Shown in pieces: positions 60,076 to 64,000 of a stretch of DNA of 64,000 nt (position 1 is the stretch's first letter; every line of letters begins with the position of its first letter). Source of the stretch: Candidatus Atabeyarchaeum deiterrae (GTDB lineage: Archaea; Asgardarchaeota; Atabeyarchaeia; Atabeyarchaeales; Atabeyarchaeaceae); the NCBI GenBank assembly GCA_037310415.1, contig CP147780.1, positions 1,920,001-1,984,000 of the forward strand, given 5' to 3'. The notes beneath the pieces are model-generated. The model ran no database searches, was not told the DNA's origin, and was given only the letters and a program-made list of their open reading frames with translations. The position numbers and the translations under genes were made by a program.

Positions 60076-60426
60076 ATGAGTAAAAACCTTGACTTTTCAA
60101 AGATCTACGAAGTAGTAGCATGTTTGAATGATTACTATGCAGAAACCCTCAGAGAAGGAACATCTTTGAAGAATAGTATCGACGAGATAGAGGAGCATCT
60201 TGCTGAAAGAGGTTCAGGTGCTGACTTTGGGAAGAATAGGGGTCTGGCAGCGAAACGGTTGGACTTGGTTGTTGACAATCTGATACTGGCAAACGGTAAA
60301 TTGAATGACCTAAGAGAATCGTGTAAGAGAGTTGAAGAGCTAATGACTTCTTTCCTATGCTATTCTCTATCCAGATTTAGAGGAGAGAAGGTCAAGACTG
60401 ACGGTTCTGGAGAACCTCCAGCATAG
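60076..60426 (+). CDS. Hypothetical helical protein
   Basis: 116 aa with a GGTGG SD-like sequence; no family recognised. Confidence 0.55.
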   Translation: MSKNLDFSKIYEVVACLNDYYAETLREGTSLKNSIDEIEEHLAERGSGADFGKNRGLAAKRLDLVVDNLILANGKLNDLRESCKRVEELMTSFLCYSLSRFRGEKVKTDGSGEPPA

Positions 60427-60483
60427 AGAGAAGGATATATATCTTAGCAGGGTCTATTTCAGAAAAAAAACGAGGTGTGAAAA

Positions 60484-60738
60484 ATGACCATGACACAAAC
60501 AAGGGCGCGTCCTGCCAGAACTTATGGCACTCTTGGTCTCATGAGCTCAATTTTCAGCTTACTTCTCTTGGCAGACGTATTTGGACCGGTGGCTATTATT
60601 CTCGGAGCCTACACGTGGCGAAAGGAACCAGAAAGCTCATTTGGGCTGACCGTCCTGATTCTTGGAATAGTATGCATGCTTGTGGGGATATACTTCACAG
60701 CCTTCCCAGATCTGATTGACCTCATATTCGGGTACTGA
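60484..60738 (+). CDS. Small membrane protein (DUF4190-like)
   Basis: FGPVAIILG...GLTVLILG; GAGGTG SD sequence; T-rich tract after the stop. Confidence 0.7.
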   Translation: MTMTQTRARPARTYGTLGLMSSIFSLLLLADVFGPVAIILGAYTWRKEPESSFGLTVLILGIVCMLVGIYFTAFPDLIDLIFGY

Positions 60739-60882
60739 TGCTTTCCGCTTTTCTTTTTCAGCGAAGCGTGAATACGAAGTCTTCCTTTATACCTGGGGAC
60801 GGATATAGATTGGAAAACCGATCCAGCAGTCAGTTCTGCAGAGCCTGCGGATCGTAGTATCGATTTGTGTGAGGTGAGATTG

Positions 60883-61515
60883 ATGCGCTATGAAGATATC
60901 TTAGAATACGTTCAAGGATTAGTGGGAACAGGTGACGATATCCTCGCAGGGACCAGCGAACGATCAGATGAACTCAGAGACTCCGGGGTTTTCCAAATAG
61001 ACCAAAGCAGTGGACGACTCCTAGAATTGCTCGCAAGGATAAGATCGCCAAAACGAGTACTGGAGATTGGCTCAGGAGCTGGTTACAGTGCATTGTGGTT
61101 AATGAAAGGAATGCCACCAGACGGGACGTTGGATGCGATCGAGCTGGACCCGAAAGTCGCACAAGCGTTAGGGGCTACGATAGAGCGGGCTGGACTTGGA
61201 GGGCGGATCAGAATCCACCAAGGTCGAGCCCTTGACTTATTATCAAAGATGAAGGTAACCTACGACATGGTTTTCATTGACGCAAACAAAGACGAGTACC
61301 CCAGCTACTTGGAGCAGGCGCTTCGACTTACGGCACCTGGAAGCGTAATCCTGGCTCATAACATGTTCATGAGTATTGGCACGGTTAATGGAAAAAGGTC
61401 GCGCAGGCAAAAAGGGATTACTGAATACACGAGGCGCATATTCAATGATCACAGACTCTCCAGTTTGGTCGTGCCCTTGGGAGATGGAATGGCACTTAGC
61501 TACAGAGTCAGATGA
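60883..61515 (+). CDS. O-methyltransferase (CCoAOMT/YrrM-like)
   Basis: VLEIGSGAGYS, YDMVFIDANK..Y and PLGDG motifs. Confidence 0.9.
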   Translation: MRYEDILEYVQGLVGTGDDILAGTSERSDELRDSGVFQIDQSSGRLLELLARIRSPKRVLEIGSGAGYSALWLMKGMPPDGTLDAIELDPKVAQALGATIERAGLGGRIRIHQGRALDLLSKMKVTYDMVFIDANKDEYPSYLEQALRLTAPGSVILAHNMFMSIGTVNGKRSRRQKGITEYTRRIFNDHRLSSLVVPLGDGMALSYRVR

Positions 61516-61516
61516 T

Positions 61517-62020
61517 TCAGGGTTTATCTTTCCAAGAGACTGAAAGCCACCACATACCCCAATAGTCATCAAAATAGGGGCACACTGCGTCGTGAAGCAT
61601 ATCAGTGCCTTTCTTGATGCGCTTTTCACTTCTCCACCACTTTATTCCCAACTTGTCAAGGACTGAGTGAAGCGTCTCATGCAATTCGATGTCAATCAGC
61701 TTCCGTATAAACGTCCTTTTCGACGAGCTTTTCGCGTAGATGCTCTTAATGTAGACTGTCACCTTCTCATAGCTGGCAACTCCGAGCGTTCTCCTGCAGT
61801 TCCGCAAGGAAAAATCATATGTAGTTTCGATGTCAGCCTTCTCCGGCCTGTCACGCCAGATAAGCTGTTGCTTTCGATGGCAATGGTCAGAGCTCAGGAA
61901 TCCTCTGCGCATCGCTTCTTGCCTTCGTGGGCAGGCGCGAAGAGAGGAATGCGGGCAGCGCACACATACAGCAGGATCCTCAGGCTCGATCAAAACCATG
62001 TGAACCACGGCCAGAACCAA
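61517..62020 (-). CDS. Hypothetical protein with an HExxH zincin-like motif
   Basis: ELHETLHSVL followed by a downstream E; Cys-rich N-terminus; start uncertain. Confidence 0.45.
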   Translation of the reverse strand: MVLAVVHMVLIEPEDPAVCVRCPHSSLRACPRRQEAMRRGFLSSDHCHRKQQLIWRDRPEKADIETTYDFSLRNCRRTLGVASYEKVTVYIKSIYAKSSSKRTFIRKLIDIELHETLHSVLDKLGIKWWRSEKRIKKGTDMLHDAVCPYFDDYWGMWWLSVSWKDKP

Positions 62021-62153
62021 GACTCATGACAGCCCGAACAACTGATCAAGTTCGTTTCATGCGTTTCTTCTTTGTATTTGAGGTCACACGATAAAACACT
62101 TGCGGCTCCATCCACTCTGGTTAAAAACGGTCACTAGCATTATGACAATCTGG

Positions 62154-62930
62154 TCAAGCGGAAGCCAGGTATAGGATGGAAAGAAGGGATTGATGCGGTT
62201 CGTATAGAACCATCTTCTCGTGTACCAATAGGTAACCCTTCCTAATCATACTCTTCAGTACTTTCTTTCTTAGTTGCTCCGAGTGGACTTCCACGATTAT
62301 TCTTGGTCTTAACCGTGATATTGTGTGGCTCGCTCCCTTTAAAATCCGGTTTTCGAAGCCTTCAGCGTCGATTTTCACGAGGTCGATCTTCGCCAGATTG
62401 TATTTCTTCACTAGGGCATCCAAAGTTCTCGCAGGTACTTTCACGGTCGACTCGAGTGACCCCTTCTTGGAATGCGCGAACCCAGAATCTCTCTCGATGT
62501 TCATCGTCAGCTCAGCATGTCTGTCAGACAGTGCGCAATTTACCGGGGTTACCCTCTTCTGCAACTTGTTAAGGCGTATGTTCTTCGACAGAACTCCAAA
62601 AGGTTCCTTGCTTGGTTCGACAGCTATCACTCTTGCCTTATAGTAACTTCCAACGATAATAGACCAGTCCCCTATGTTCGCTCCAACATCAATCACTACA
62701 TCATCTTCCTTTGGTAAGAAGTCTCGTCGTTCGCCGTAGTCATTTTGGAAGACTCCTGGAGGGAAGAAACCAGTTCGAGAGTACTTCACCCTGAATACGC
62801 GTTCAACCAATCTTAACCTTCTGGCTGCTGCTCTCGCGCGATACTCCTGAAAGAAATGGTATCGCATCAATTTCCTGAAATACCCGCTGGAGAGAAGGAA
62901 CTCGACGACTGGATCCAACAACGTCGACAT
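62154..62930 (-). CDS. FkbM family methyltransferase
   Basis: VIDVGANIG, AVEP, TLD and KIDAEGFE..L.GA motifs. Confidence 0.9.
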   Translation of the reverse strand: MSTLLDPVVEFLLSSGYFRKLMRYHFFQEYRARAAARRLRLVERVFRVKYSRTGFFPPGVFQNDYGERRDFLPKEDDVVIDVGANIGDWSIIVGSYYKARVIAVEPSKEPFGVLSKNIRLNKLQKRVTPVNCALSDRHAELTMNIERDSGFAHSKKGSLESTVKVPARTLDALVKKYNLAKIDLVKIDAEGFENRILKGASHTISRLRPRIIVEVHSEQLRKKVLKSMIRKGYLLVHEKMVLYEPHQSLLSILYLASA

Positions 62931-63157
62931 GGTGAGTTTTATCTTTCTCGTGTTCAGCTCGAATTTGAAGTAGTAGATCCAAGCGCGAATTCGACGTGTT
63001 AACCCCGAGGGTGATGCCCTCCTTTCATATCAGATTGACGCGAACTCGTGTAGAGCAACCACACTATAAAACGCTTGCGGCTCACCACCGAAGCTTGGAG
63101 GTCCTGAGCATTGTCTCCTACTGGTGCGCGTAAGGTAATACCCGGAGATGATAGTTG

Positions 63158-64000
63158 CTACGACGTAGATCTCTCTACATAGGCAACTAGTGCGACAGTA
63201 ACAAGCATAATGACTTCGGCATCATGCTGCGAGAAGCGTCCACTTAAGAGAGGATGATGAGCATCTGACGTGGATTCATTCGCTCTTTGGTATAGCCTGG
63301 TCAACCACTCCATTGCCGTAGAGGTTGTTTCCGCTATCCATTCGTATTCCTTCCCGCCTTGGATACCTGCCTGGAATTTTGGCAGGGCGTTCTTTATCGT
63401 CTCAATCACGGTTTGGCACTGCTCAACGCATTCATCATAAGCGCCATTGGCGAAGTAAGTCTCAGCAAGTCTTAGCCCCTCAATTGGTGTCGCAAGCTCC
63501 GTCCAGACGGCTTCTGTCTGAACTGAAGCCTCAGGTGATCTCATCTTTCCTTGGCGCAGAGACGGCAAGACCTTATTCTCCCAGTAGGGCTGGGGAATAT
63601 CCAGTGAGAGTTTAGCAGATGAGATCTCAAAGTCCTCCAACGCATCCTTCTGTCTTTGACGAACGTCGTATTGGTAAGAAGGCACTTCTGCATATAATCC
63701 GACAAGAAAATGGAAATCTAGCGTTATCTTCAGGTCGCTTTCGCGGCTTGCCTCGATCTTCCCAAGAGCATATGGATCCACGTGAAACTCTGATGCATAG
63801 GTCATCAGTTGATTAGGGTGCCGCACCTGGAACGGATCATAGGACACTTTCGAGTCGGCAATTCTCACACCACTTTCCCGCAGAAATAGGGAACACTGTG
63901 CACGCAGTATGATAAAGGATCGTTCTCCTCGATCGAACGGACTAAGATCGAGTGTCGCGGGGACGATCAGTTTTGAATGTTCAGGGCTGTCTTCTACCCT
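63158..64000 (-). CDS. Hypothetical protein with a HEPN/Abi-C-like helical C-terminus; starts beyond the right edge
   Basis: The frame is open from 63868 to the window edge; C-terminus LRLAETYF..YDECV..C..VIE...SDAHH...HDAEVIM. Confidence 0.55.
   Translation of the reverse strand, partial: RVEDSPEHSKLIVPATLDLSPFDRGERSFIILRAQCSLFLRESGVRIADSKVSYDPFQVRHPNQLMTYASEFHVDPYALGKIEASRESDLKITLDFHFLVGLYAEVPSYQYDVRQRQKDALEDFEISSAKLSLDIPQPYWENKVLPSLRQGKMRSPEASVQTEAVWTELATPIEGLRLAETYFANGAYDECVEQCQTVIETIKNALPKFQAGIQGGKEYEWIAETTSTAMEWLTRLYQRANESTSDAHHPLLSGRFSQHDAEVIMLVTVALVAYVERSTS

Noticed and set aside
1-64000. CRISPR array, tRNA or rRNA genes, transposases, integrases
   Set aside because: No regularly spaced repeats, no cloverleaf with T- and D-loop consensus, and no recombinase or transposase motifs were seen by eye.

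Overview
Gene-dense archaeal window with no rRNA, tRNA, CRISPR array, transposase or integrase recognised. A Rab-like small GTPase, two RING-like finger proteins and an expanded double zinc-ribbon family point to an Asgard archaeon (inference). Bases 1-19.6 kb are a mosaic of short accessory genes (DNA repair/stress functions, GNAT, nitroreductase, a DUF4185/GH183-like glycosidase, zinc-finger proteins) plus several gene remnants. Bases 20.3-25.8 kb hold a three-gene split glutamate-synthase-like operon with one intact and one degenerate FMN subunit. Bases 30.5-33.3 kb are an orphan-gene island with hairpin-rich spacers. Bases 33.5-50.7 kb are a carbohydrate/C1 region: GH4, PIG-L deacetylase, DUF3604, an AOR-RraA-LarA-PaaI run, an MFS transporter, a corrinoid protein and a GH94-like enzyme coupled to two UroD/MtaA-family proteins. 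This last block is the best candidate for an undescribed system, namely cobamide-dependent demethylation and catabolism of O-methylated sugars (inferred from gene context only). Bases 51-64 kb hold peptidases/hydrolases, a second AOR with its ferredoxin-like subunit, methyltransferases and hypothetical proteins. All family calls come from motif recognition by eye; no searches were run.
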